Made by a program: the position numbers and the translations under genes. From Octopus bimaculoides (lineage: Eukaryota), in NCBI RefSeq assembly GCF_001194135.2, contig NC_069000.1:5367853-5400746 (forward strand): a stretch of 32,894 nucleotides of DNA. The letters run 5' to 3'. Positions within the stretch are counted from its first letter, which is position 1, and each line of letters starts with the position of its first letter. The notes under the pieces are model-generated. The model made no database searches. It was not told the origin of the DNA and saw only the letters and a list, made by a program, of their open reading frames with translations. Positions 12,769-24,294 of this stretch are shown in pieces.

Positions 12769-13235
12769 TGACCTGATGTAGTACCAGGCAGTGAATCTCA
12801 TGGCTAATGATCTTAGCTGATCTTAACTGATTTGAAGTGTTACCATGTACATTGTTTTGACTTAGTATGAAAGTTGGGCTACAGCAAATGTTTTGCCCAA
12901 TACGTCAGATTTACTTGTCAGTTCCTTGGCCTTAATCAGTTGAGCATTTACCATGATGGTTGACGATATGTACATCTCTGATCACGAGCAGAAGCAGCGG
13001 GGGATTATCGTAGCCATGTATTGAGAGGAATTCTTTGGGGTTTGAATAATTCACCTCTGGAAACATGAGTGTCTTGTTTAAAATCCTTAAACATCCTTAA
13101 ATTGTCAACCAATTATCAAAGCTTATAATGTGCGGAAAGAGAGTCTGTGAGACCCCTGATCACAGGCTGCTGTCCGCTCTCACTGAATCAACCACAGCAA
13201 ATAAGGCCGAGCACGCTGAAAAGTAGAATAATAAT

Positions 13236-13775
13236 CACGACCACAAACGCAAAGGCATCATCGAAAATGATAATGCAAAGATACTGAGGGATTTTATGAT
13301 TCAGTTCGACCATGAAATAGAGAATAGGAAGCCAGACATAGTCTTAATTGAGAAAGAAAGCAAATTGTGCAGGATCATAGATATAGCATTCCCAGCTGAC
13401 AACAAGGCATGCGATAAGGAAGAAAGAAAAGTCGAGAGATATGTCAGGTTAGCTTGGGAGGTTAAGTAGTTGCGGTCGATTAAAAATATGGTAGTAGTAC
13501 CAATACTTTTCGGAGCCCTGGGAACAGTGAGCAAAAATCTCGAGAAGTACGTGCAACAAATAGGGGCTGCAGTAAGGGTGGAGCACTTGCAGAAAACAGC
13601 ACTGTTTGGAACCGCTCGAATACTCCGGAAGGTGNNNNNNNNNNCTGGGAACAGTGAGCAAAAATCTCGAGAAGTACGTGCAACAAATAGGGGCTGCAGT
13701 AAGGGTGGAGCACTTGCAGAAAACAGCACTGTTTGGAACCGCTCGAATACTCCGGAAGGTGCTCGAAAAATATGT
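13236..13775 (+). mobile_element. 5'-truncated R4/Dong-clade non-LTR retrotransposon, C-terminal restriction-like endonuclease (family A), pseudogenised
   Basis: Translation from 13236: HDHKRKGIIENDNAKILRDFMIQFDHEIENRKPDIVLIEKESKLCRIIDIAFPADNK...EVK*LRSIKNMVVVPILFGALGTVSKNLEKY...LQKTALFGTARILRKVLEK. It carries the RKPD...D motif and the typical R4-type tail, with an in-frame stop. The 5' junction follows aataataat. Confidence 0.9.
13518..13761. other. Assembly artefact: identical 117-bp sequence on both sides of a 10-N gap
   Basis: 13518-13634 equals 13645-13761 exactly, separated by Ns at 13635-13644. Confidence 0.85.
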
Positions 13776-14256
13776 TTAATCCATATATATATATATATAT
13801 ATATATATAGTTCCTGTATATTCGCCGAATGAAAACGTTTTTTTTCCCATGATTTCATAAGTCTATTCATCAAAGAAAAACCTCATTTGAAACAAGTGTA
13901 GTGAATGAACCAGTCACCACCTGTTGTTATTTGTTTTCATATTTATGTGTGTGTGTGTAAGTGTGTGCATCTATACTTACACATTTATTCATATACATAT
14001 AAATACATGTATGTATGTATAGATTTAGATATATACATAGATACATAGATATCGATATAACACCGCATGTAGGATATACATATATCTATATACATGCATA
14101 ATATCTATGAGGTATATAATATATGGGAATGTGTACGTATATGCCAGAGAGGAAGAGAGAGAGAGAAAAAGAACGGCTTTGTAAAATGTGTAGTATATAG
14201 ATTACAGAAATTAATTACTAATGTAATAGAATGCTAAAATGCTACCTATTGTCTCC

Positions 14257-14300
<44 letters not shown>

Positions 14301-14832
14301 TACACACACACACACACACAAATACACATACACACAGGCTCGCACGCACATGCACACACGGGTGCACACCATTTATAGAGAATACCGAAGATTATCACAA
14401 CAGAATTCAGTAATATTTAATAACCGTTTAATCCATATTGTACACGATAGTAATAGTGGAAAGGTATATTTAATCATGATTCTTCGAGTATAATTGCACC
14501 GAATCTAACGTTTCCCTTACATTCGGTGCAGTTGGAGATATATTATTTAAGCAACATCTACGTTTTATGAATAGACGAATTCATAACATTGCCAGTTCAA
14601 CTGCAAAAAGCGTTAAGTACATCTTATTATGTGAAATCGATGTTATCTCTAGTGCAAGTCAGTGTTTCGTTAAAACTTTCCTTGTATCTTCTCTCGACAG
14701 CTTGCCCCAAAATATATGTAATAAATATATGACGATAAAAATACTTCGCTCAAATACGTGTTCATAGATATGAGAGATTCATCATTGTATTGGAGTGCTA
14801 ACTGGAAACACCAACTGTGCATACATACATAA

Positions 14833-14871
<39 letters not shown>

Positions 14872-15767
14872 NNNNNNNNNNNNNNNNNNNNNNNNNNNNN
14901 NNNNNNNNNNNNNNNNNNNNNNNNNNNNNNNNNNNNNNNNNNNNNNNNNNNNNNNNNNNNNNNNNNNNNNNNNNNNNNNNNNNNNNNNNNNNNNNNNNNN
15001 NNNNNNNNNNNNNNNNNNNNNNNNNNNNNNNNNNNNNNNNNNNNNNNNNNNNNNNNNNNNNNNNNNNNNNNNNNNNNNNNNNNNNNNNNNNNNNNNNNNN
15101 NNNNNNNNNNNNNNNNNNNNNNNNNNNNNNNNNNNNNNNNNNNNNNNNNNNNNNNNNNNNNNNNNNNNNNNNNNNNNNNNNNNNNNNNNNNNNNNNNNNN
15201 NNNNNNNNNNNNNNNNNNNNNNNNNNNNNNNNNNNNNNNNNNNNNNNNNNNNNNNNNNNNNNNNNNNNNNNNNNNNNNNNNNNNNNNNNNNNNNNNNNNN
15301 NNNNNNNNNNNNNNNNNNNNNNNNNNNNNNNNNNNNNNNNNNNNNNNNNNNNNNNNNNNNNNNNNNNNNNNNNNNNNNNNNNNNNNNNNNNNNNNNNNNN
15401 NNNNNNNNNNNNNNNNNNNNNNNNNNNNNNNNNNNNNNNNNNNNNNNNNNNNNNNNNNNNNNNNNNNNNNNNNNNNNNNNNNNNNNNNNNNNNNNNNNNN
15501 NNNNNNNNNNNNNNNNNNNNNNNNNNNNNNNCATTCAAAATGTTTCTATTGTCATTGTCATATTTATGGTTAATCTCTGAGCAATATGGCGGACTTGATG
15601 TGACAAGATCAGCAGGTCACTGCACTAAAGTATATAGTGCGGAAATTACTTTGAGTTGCACTTTTCGATTCATCCTTAACCGAGTTCAATCTGCACCGAC
15701 CTCGTCTTTGTAACAATAAGTTCATTTATGCCTAAACAATTCTGTTTACCTTCAACATCAAGTGTAC

Positions 15768-15933
15768 CAGGCGCGGTCCCAGGAATTTTTGAAAGGGGGG
15801 GGGCACAAGGTTAGAAGTGAATACAATTCCAGGAGAAAAGGGCGAGATAACATTACTTAGAAGGGTGCACGTCTTTTCTTGAGGTGGGGGCACATGCCTT
15901 TCAGGCCAGTCCATGATCTTGGATCCACCCTTG
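15768..15933. mobile_element. Putative decayed MITE (GC-rich ends, GGATCC-type terminal inverted repeat)
   Basis: Left end caggcgcggtcccagga matches the reverse complement of the right end, caagggtggatccaaga, at 11 of 17 positions. Internal G-runs with gggggcaca twice. No clear target-site duplication. Confidence 0.35.
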
Positions 15934-16061
15934 TATACTATGTTGACCGTTCACTTAGTGGTTCTATGATCTTATATGTGATAAAATTCACTGAGGAAGA
16001 CGAAATAAAATCGGGACAATTCAGCGCTGCTGTTGTTCAGTAAAATGTAAGTAACCCTGTC

Positions 16062-16250
16062 TAATTTTGGCACAATGCCAGAAATCTTGATGCGAGTTTG
16101 AAAGGGATTTCATCGACTCCGATGTGAAACTGGTACTTGGTTCATGCACAGCCAAAAGATAACAGGTCAGCTGGATATCGGGAAATTTGAACGCAGGACG
16201 TACAGCTACAAAAGAATGTCGCTAAACATTTTATATTCCAAAATGCCGCC
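16062..16250 (-). mobile_element. tRNA-derived SINE family 3, highly diverged copy
   Basis: aattttggcacaa...catcgactcc...actggtactt...ggaaatttgaac...gctaaacatttt, collinear with 23886-24051. Confidence 0.6.
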
Positions 16251-17400
16251 GAATTTATGGTGACCGAATGAGTACCTCATTTCTATTCTGTGAGAATGAG
16301 CTCCAATCCCCTTAAAGTACACTTTAAGTTTAAGGAATTTACTATTAATTGATGTAGTGTCAATCGGAATTCTAAGATGGCTCATATCTGTTCCAATTCT
16401 TAGCTTTCCAAGCATAAATTTAACCTCCAATCATCGGCACCCTCTCAGCCGTAAAAAAGATCCTTGTGATTCGGATAACAATTATAGGCTGACGTCGAAT
16501 GGAACAACAATTCTAGCTTCTTAATGAAACGGTGTGAGAGTAAACAAAGCTTCGTAAATACTGAATCCGAAAAATAGATATCTAATCAGATCTTCAAAGA
16601 ATTTTTACAATAAGTACGTAATGAAATACTTCGATTTTATAATCAAGGAAATTCTACGCTTTCTAGGAAAAGGCCTTATGTGAAAAACATCCAGCTCCTT
16701 TAATTATTCTGCATAACTGGAATGGTCAATTCCAGCCTGGGGCGTTCGTTTTAATTTGACGGAAATCTGCAGCTGTCTGGAGACTCAGAAAACAGAAAGT
16801 CTCAAGAGACATAAGGTTCTTTGTTGACATCACGTATTTATTGCGAAATAATTCTGTTTACCAATACTAACTAATATTCAGGCTTGAAATATCAAATAAT
16901 TCTTTCACGCCTGATGCAGCAAGTACTGGCAGGTGTTAACGATCTAATAAGAGATCACAATAATATAGAAACCTGTCTAAGAACTGTCTCGTTCTTGCTC
17001 ATTAAATGAACATATTAGTAATATTGTAATGATATTTCTATTTAGCTGTTAAACACCCATGTAATAAATATGTTAATTATTTTTAGCAATTAGTGCGTGG
17101 TCACAGAGATTCCCTAATTGGAATCGTTAGTTCCCTCGTTACCATTTTGATTGTTCTTTATGATCATTGGATTGCTAATTGGTCACTCTATATTTCCTGT
17201 AATATAACTTTTAGACTTTAATAGGTTTACAAACACTACAAATATTTTCGAAGAATTTTCTAATACTGTCTTCACTTGAGATGTCTTAACCGATTCCGGT
17301 CTTTACAAAGATTCCGGTCTGTGTTCCAAAAGTAATGCTTGATTTTACTTTTATTCTTGACACCTTATTCTTGATACCTTTATTCAACAGACATGATGTA

Positions 17401-17753
17401 GTGGAGGCGCAATGGCCCAGTGGTTAGGGCAGAGGCCTCGCAGTCGTAGGATCGCAATTTCGATTCCCAGATCGGGCGTTGTTAGTATTTATTGAGCGAA
17501 AATACCTAAAGCTCCGGGAGGTGAGTGGTGGTAAACCTTGCTGTACTCTCTCACCACAACTTTTTCTTCCTGTTTCTGTTGTACCTGTATTTTAAAAGAC
17601 CAGCCTTGTCAGACGCTGAATCTCCCTGAGAACTACGTTAAGGGTACACGTGTATGTGGAGTGCTCAGTCACTTGCACGTTAATTTTACGAGAAGGCTGT
17701 TCCGTTGATCGGATCAACTGGAACCCTCGTCGTTGTAATCGACGGAGTGCCAC
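17401..17753 (+). mobile_element. tRNA-derived SINE family 2, near full length
   Basis: A box TGGCCCAGTGG (17413-17423) and B-box-like ATTTCGATTCCC (17457-17468). The head is repeated on the minus strand at 11990-12101. Confidence 0.85.
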
Positions 17754-18792
17754 GATACTTGATGTATTTTTCTATGGGAATGAGGGACGACTTACACATC
17801 AGTAATTGACTATTTGAGTATATTTTTACTCACGTTCCACAGTCACCTGCCCCTGCTACCATCTGTTTAATCTACTTCTAATGTTCAGAAATTGAATATC
17901 AGACATGTTTATGTTAATAGTATTTCTAGTGGTGCATATCCATTGAGTCTCAATTTGTTACGCTCCAGTTCATTGCTACGACATTGAGAATTACAAACTA
18001 CCACTATGTTAATGGAATCGCTTTACATTGGCATAAATTTGCGGCACACTGGTACGTCATTCCAAACAGATTGAAGAACACTGAATTAGCACTTAACACT
18101 TTTTTACTCTGCGAAAATATTTTTTCTATTTTCTCTGAAAAACCTTTCACAAACATTGTTTTGCTCTTATCCCAAACTCAAATACAAACAGAAATAAGAA
18201 TTAGACAGTAACTGCATAATTTGTCCCTCATAGACTACAAATAATTTGTCCCAATTACCAGCACACTTCCTCATCACTTTTCTAATTGTATGCGTTTCAT
18301 TCAAAGTATGTTTCCATGTGTTCACTAACACTGATAGCAAGGGATAGAAAATTCCTACTTACAAAGTATTTACGCAGCTACAAAGTCCTGCTCCTAATTA
18401 TGCGAGTACATTTATTACTTAAGTCTAAAATTATGGCAAGATCAACTTCTTTTGTGGTTAGGGTAAAATTAAACTGAAGAAAAAATGCCTGAACATAGAG
18501 CAACGTAATTGATTTATTCGTTCCGCCACAAGCAAGTGAAAAAGAAAGGAAGCCATCTTGTGCTGATGGCGTAAATCATTATCCATTCCTAGCATACACA
18601 TATGCAGATATGGCAGTGTAATAAATTTTGCTTCACTGTCATCTGGTTTCCTCTTTATTCCTTTGGCTGAACGTCACCTCGTGCAAGTGTTTTCTACTAG
18701 ATTCCCGTGATCGACCAATATTGTGTGAAGGTGTATGTTAGACGTACAATGTGTAGAAGACCGATATATATATATATAGCTATATACATGCA

Positions 18793-18826
<34 letters not shown>

Positions 18827-18841
18827 CATACATACATATAT

Positions 18842-19071
18842 GTGGTACGGAATAAAAGTAGCTAGAACCCTACAGAGGGACGGAACAAAAATCTAGACAG
18901 ATTTTGTTATTGCATATCAACATTCCCTTACAATGAACTACCACAATCTAGACCCAAGTCCTGCACCAGTCGAAGTGAATGGGAGATCATCCACGAGTTA
19001 AAAAATAATAATGACATCATAATTAAGGAAGAGGATAAGGGGGAGTATTGTTTGTAATTATGGATACGGAT
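18842..19071 (+). mobile_element. Penelope-like element, N-terminal reverse transcriptase fragment (pseudogene)
   Basis: Frame from 18842: VVRNKSS*NPTEGRNKNLDRFCYCISTFPYNELPQSRPKSCTSRSEWEIIHELKNNNDIIIKEEDKG, then a frameshift to VIMDTD. This resembles the PLE 'L...NxDIIIKxADKGxxVVIMD' motif. Confidence 0.8.
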
Positions 19072-19092
19072 ATTGTGTTTATAGAGTGAAAG

Positions 19093-19221
19093 CACTCACA
19101 AGGCTTTAGTCGGCCCGAGGCTATAGTAGAGGGCAATTGTCCAAGGTGCCACGCAGTGGGACTGAACCCGGAACGATGTGGTTGGTAAGCAAGCTACTTA
19201 CCACACAACGACTCCTGCGCC
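19093..19221 (-). mobile_element. SINE family 1, 5' part (3'-truncated)
   Basis: Reverse complement ggcgcaggagtcgttgtgtggtaag...gggttcagtcccactgcgtggcaccttgg...ccttgtgagtg, collinear with 26713-26822. Confidence 0.9.
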
Positions 19222-19537
19222 TATATATATNNNNNNNNNNNNNNNNNNNNNNNNNNNNNNNNNNNNNNNNNNNNNNNNNNNNNNNNNNNNNNNNNNNNNN
19301 NNNNNNNNNNNNNNNNNNNNNNNNNNNNNNNNNNNNNNNNNNNNNNNNNNNNNNNNNNNNNNNNNNNNNNNNNNNNNNNNNNNNNNNNNNNNNNNNNNNN
19401 NNNNNNNNNNNNNNNNNNNNNNNNNNNNNNNNNNNNNNNNNNNNNNNNNNNNNNNNNNNNNNNNNNNNNNNNNNNNNNNNNNNNNNNNNNNNNNNNNNNN
19501 NNNNNNNNNNNNNNNNNNNNATATATATATATATATA

Positions 19538-19707
19538 TACGACAGGTTTCTCTCAGCATCCGTCTACCAAATCCACTCAGGAGGCTTTGGTTGGCCCAAG
19601 GCTATACTAGAAGACACTTGCCCAAGGTAAGGTGACACGCAGTGGGATTGAACCCACAACTATAATGTTGAACAGCAAGCTTCTTACAGCACTGCTACAT
19701 CTGCGCC
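19538..19707 (-). mobile_element. SINE family 1, 5' module
   Basis: Reverse complement ggcgcag...gtaagaagcttgct...gggttcaatcccactgcgtg...ccttgggcaagtgtcttct...gagtggatttggtagacgg...gtcgtatatat. Confidence 0.9.
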
Positions 19708-19758
19708 TATATACATGCATACATAGATACATAGATACATGCATACACACACACAGAC

Positions 19759-19904
19759 ATATTTGAAAATGATTGAAAATGGCTTTTCAGATTATTTTTT
19801 CACTTTAATAATTAAATATTTATAAGTTTGTAGACTTATAAACCTCTAATTATTAAAGTGGGAAAATTATCTGAAAAGCCATTTTATTCATTTTCCTCAA
19901 ATAT
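19759..19904. repeat. 146-bp AT-rich foldback palindrome (MITE-like)
   Basis: 19781-19814 and 19847-19880 are complementary at 31 of 34 positions. Inner tttataagt/acttataaa encloses a 6-nt loop; outer atatttg/caaatat. Confidence 0.9.
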
Positions 19905-19950
19905 ATAATTCTGTATAAAAGATATTATTTTCCTTATTCTATTATATATA

Positions 19951-20140
19951 GGCGCAAGTGTGGCCAGGTGCCAGTGTGTCAGTGTGGTAAGAAGCTTCCT
20001 CCCAACCACATGGTTCCGGGTTCAGTCCCACTGTGTGGCAGCTTGGCCAAGTGTTTTCTACTATATATAGTTTCTATCCGGCCAAACTCTTGTGAGCGGA
20101 TTTTATAGACGGAAACTGAAAGAAGCCCATCGTATATATA
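19951..20140 (+). mobile_element. SINE family 1, 5' module
   Basis: ggcgca...gtgtggtaagaagcttcctcccaaccacatggttccgggttcagtccc...gacggaaactgaaagaagcccatcgtatatata; B box GGTTCAGTCCC. Confidence 0.9.
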
Positions 20141-20162
20141 ACAAATTTCTCTGAGTAAAATA

Positions 20163-20415
20163 CCAAGGCTTTGGTAGACGTAAAACTGAAAAAATCCCGT
20201 CGTATACATATATATATATATATATATATATGAATTTTCGTATATGCCGAACACTGTCTGACAACCGGCTGTCTTTGGTTTAGTCTCTGTTACTTAGCGG
20301 TTCGAATATAGGATCCGATAGAAAAATATCATACTGACAACAAGAACTGAAGCCAATTTGTTCGACTGACACGACTAGGCACTGTTCAGGCATGGTGGCA
20401 ATCCAATGACTACAG
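20163..20415 (+). mobile_element. SINE family 1, partial re-duplication of the 5'-module end plus a diverged 3' module
   Basis: ttggtagacgtaaaactgaa...cccgtcgtata, then (AT)n, then tgacaaccg...ttagcggttcg...ccgatagaa...ttgttcgact...agggcatgg. Confidence 0.65.
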
Positions 20416-21209
20416 CATGTAGAATATTTAAAAAAAAAACATGATAGAATTGTCGCTAGATATTTGGGTCAGAAAGTAAAGTGGCTAGTTTATTACTGTA
20501 TCGATTATGGAAAAAAATTCGATCGAAAATTTTACAACAGCGAAATTCGAAACTATAAACGAAATATTTGTAACTAAATATTGCAACATATATTTGTTCG
20601 ATGCATTCGCGACTCTGTGAATCTGCGGTCACAGATCGGTCGGCTGCATATAACGAAATCTGTAAATCGCGGTCGGCATTTTGTCGACATTCGATCAATT
20701 CTCTCAGTCCACTAAACACATGCGAGAAATCAGTATTAAACTAATATTCATAGCTTCTTAGGAGATATTTTAGACAAGACATGAATCATCCTAGGTTTCA
20801 CTCATTTACCTTTTAAATATAAATTATTCAATAAACAGATATTTTTTTTTGTCGATTTCTATAGAAGAGGGAAATTATAGAAAATTATGAAAATTTTCTC
20901 AAAAAGAAAAAAAAATCGAATTCAAAGATATTCATCTTTAATCTCTTCCAAAGTATTAAGTTGTTTAATGTTACACTTTTGTCTAGTCAGTGTAAAATCA
21001 ATATTTGTATAAAATTCATTGAATTAATAAAAAAAAGAAAATATGCTACTAATATTATATTCATGAGATTTGTCTATGTTTTCACACTTTTTAGTTGGTG
21101 CGATATATTGGCTTTAAATATGGAAACAGCAGCAAAGAGAGACAGAAAGATAGAGAGAGAGCGAAAGAAAAACGAATTAACGAGGTGGTTTTTTTACCAT
21201 ATATATATG

Positions 21210-21248
<39 letters not shown>

Positions 21249-21404
21249 ATGTATGCTTGTATACACACACATATACAATTGCATATGAATATACATATAT
21301 TTCTATGTATATATTATATGTATATGTATGCAATAAGGCTCGTGTGCATGTATATATATGTATTAATGCATGCATATGTACATATATACATACATACTAT
21401 ATAC

Positions 21405-21447
<43 letters not shown>

Positions 21448-23555
21448 TGTGTACGAACACATACACATCATTACAAACACGTGTGTACATGTATACACAT
21501 ACAGATGTGTGTATGTGTGTGTGTGTGTGTGTGTGGATAGGTGGATGGCTGCATAAGATTTTTGCTGGAATTTAAAAAGTTTTATTGTAAACAAAAAGCA
21601 AATCGAATCGTTACTTGGCGTTAAGCATTACCGACTTTCAGCCGATCATTAAACAAATAAAACATTATAAAAATAATTACCGGCAGCTATAATTATCAAT
21701 CAAAGCAACGATCGAACGCTTATTGGATGAAATTTGCTCATAGATTTAAAAGCAAGGTATCTGGTGAATGAATGATATAACTGTTAAAATATGTATAGAC
21801 ATTTTTTTTTTGTGAATTTCGAATGAGATAAAAACTATAAATAATAGCGTGTAAATGATGAGTAAGACAACTCTTTTGTATAGGAAGGAGTTGAAGGCAG
21901 CGGTGGGACTGAACCTCACAGCCCCGGGAAAGTAGAGTTCTCTCTCAGGACCAAAATTGACCATTTGTCCATTTTATAAGATTTATTTTTACAATCTAGT
22001 TGATGTCATAAGAAATTTTAAACTTCACTTGAATGGTGAATCTCGAATCGGATAGAGCTGTAAATAAAATGTAAATATTGGTTTAACCATAATTTTAGAT
22101 CGAAAACGTCGAAGGCTACCGGACGAACTCAGACTCACATCTCCAGTATACATGATATAAACAAATACACGCTTTTTATTCAGCGCAACGGTCGTTTCGA
22201 CCCACCTACATCTGTCCCATTGGAGTAGGATATTATGCATCCGGTTACCAAGGAGATCTCAGTATATCTGGTGAGATATTTCTTTACACCAAGCTCCTGA
22301 AGTAGGAGCCTCTGTTCCTCTGTTATTGTCACATCTCTCTAGGAGAGGGAAACTGACGATATTCGATGATGTAGACTAGTTCTTCTTTTGGAGTTTATGC
22401 TGTCCATGTTCAGAGCGTGTGAATGGATTTGTGCAAATGCTTTCCTCACTATCACAAAAATGGCCGGTTGTAGCCTTCGCATGAGTATGACTTTCGATCA
22501 GACGATGGCAATACTCAAACAGGAGTTTGCAGCCATCATGCACGCATGTATGTATGTATGTATGTATGTATGTGTATATACATACATATACCTATATATA
22601 TATTTATTTACGTACATACATACATACACACACATGTATATATANNNNNNNNNNNNNNNNNNNNNNNNNNNNNNNNNNNNNNNNNNNNNNNNNNNNNNNN
22701 NNNNNNNNNNNNNNNNNNNNNNNNNNNNNNNNNNNNNNNNNNNNNNNNNNNNNNNNNNNNNNNNNNNNNNNNNNNNNNNNNNNNNNNNNNNNNNNNNNNN
22801 NNNNNNNNNNNNNNNNNNNNNNNNNNNNNNNNNNNNNNNNNNNNNNNNNNNNNNNNNNNNNNNNNNNNNNNNNNNNNNNNNNNNNNNNNNNNNNNNNNNN
22901 NNNNNNNNNNNNNNNNNNNNNNNNNNNNNNNNNNNNNNNNNNNNNNNNNNNNNNNNNNNNNNNNNNNNNNNNNNNNNNNNNNNNNNNNNNNNNNNNNNNN
23001 NNNNNNNNNNNNNNNNNNNNNNNNNNNNNNNNNNNNNNNNNNNNNNNNNNNNNNNNNNNNNNNNNNNNNNNNNNNNNNNNNNNNNNNNNNNNNNNNNNNN
23101 NNNNNNNNNNNNNNNNNNNNNNNNNNNNNNNNNNNNNNNNNNNNNNNNNNNNNNNNNNNNNNNNNNNNNNNNNNNNNNNNNNNNNNNNNNNNNNNNNNNN
23201 NNNNNNNNNNNNNNNNNNNNNNNNNNNNNNNNNNNNNNNNNNNNNNNNNNNNNNNNNNNNNNNNNNNNNNNNNNNNNNNNNNNNNNNNNNNNNNNNNNNN
23301 NNNNNNNNNNNNNNNNNNNNNNNNNNNNNNNNNNNNNNNNNNNNNNNNNNNNNNNNNNNNNNNNNNNNNNNNNNNNNNNNNTAGCTATATTAAAACAAAG
23401 ATTGGATTATGTAGTATCATGTTAATCCTTGTGCTACACAGGTTTCATCATAAGACCTGGAAATGTATTTGATGAATGTAAATATTGATATTATTAACAA
23501 TCCTTTCTACATTGAATATTATTAATAATATAGATATCATGTATTCATTATAGAA

Positions 23556-23592
<37 letters not shown>

Positions 23593-23594
23593 TT

Positions 23595-23631
<37 letters not shown>

Positions 23632-23885
23632 TTGTGTGAACATGTAGGGCATGTCCCAAACTGTAGATCTTCAGGCACGCATGCATTATAATATGGTTAA
23701 ACACTTGGAAATCTTGTGTATATACAATCAGTGGGATTTAATGGAGTATATAGAGATAAAGCTAGAAAAAAGACTGGAGAGGATGAATGGAGACAATAAT
23801 ATACAGAGTAAAAGAGGGAGACTTGTAAAAGAGAGAAGAAGATAATCGTTGAGAGAGAGTGGTATAGAAAGGACGCAAAGCATGT

Positions 23886-24051
23886 TTCGAATTTTGGCAC
23901 AAGAAAACCAATTTAAATGAAAGGTTAAGTCGACTCCAGTGCTTTACTGGTACTTTATTTCATCGACCCTGAAAGGATGAAAGGCGAAGTCGACTTCGGC
24001 GGAAATTTGAACTCAGAACGTAAAGACGTACGAAATACCGTTAAACATTTT
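23886..24051 (-). mobile_element. tRNA-derived SINE family 3 (possibly Meta-domain-like)
   Basis: Minus-strand B box GAGTTCAAATTTCC (24001-24014), followed by gtcgacttcgcctttcatcctttcagggtcgat...aagtaccag. Two further copies lie in the window. Confidence 0.8.
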
Positions 24052-24294
24052 ACACCACTGAAAACCACCATTTAGCTGTTATTTCTACATTTTCTGTCTC
24101 GGAACTTTCATGCATAGATAACTTCATTCAACTAGATTCTACATCGACCTGTAAATAAAATATAGTTTTATGTAGTGAATGTATACATCTTCAAGTTATT
24201 CTTTATCTCTTTATGAGCTACTGTAATAACATACACGCAGCCGCATCGACATCTTGTACTGACTATATATTTCCACTTCAGACTGAAGCATCTT

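Noticed and set aside
12924-13093. Segment resembling a common octopus interspersed repeat
   Set aside because: Recognition is from memory only; it is single-copy in this window, so it cannot be supported here.
13518-13761. Apparent tandem duplication inside the retrotransposon
   Set aside because: The copies are 100% identical and straddle a 10-N placeholder gap, typical of unmerged contig overlap.
15988-16020. CTGAGGA-AGAC-GAAA minimal hammerhead
   Set aside because: No stem II and no stem I complementarity.
17401-17480. tRNA gene
   Set aside because: A and B boxes are present, but there is no complete cloverleaf or acceptor stem and it continues into a repeat body, so it is a SINE head. 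The same applies to the other heads.
22185-22230. Minus-strand CAGATGT...GAAACGACCGTT hammerhead-like motif
   Set aside because: The core is mutated at two positions and no stem I can form.
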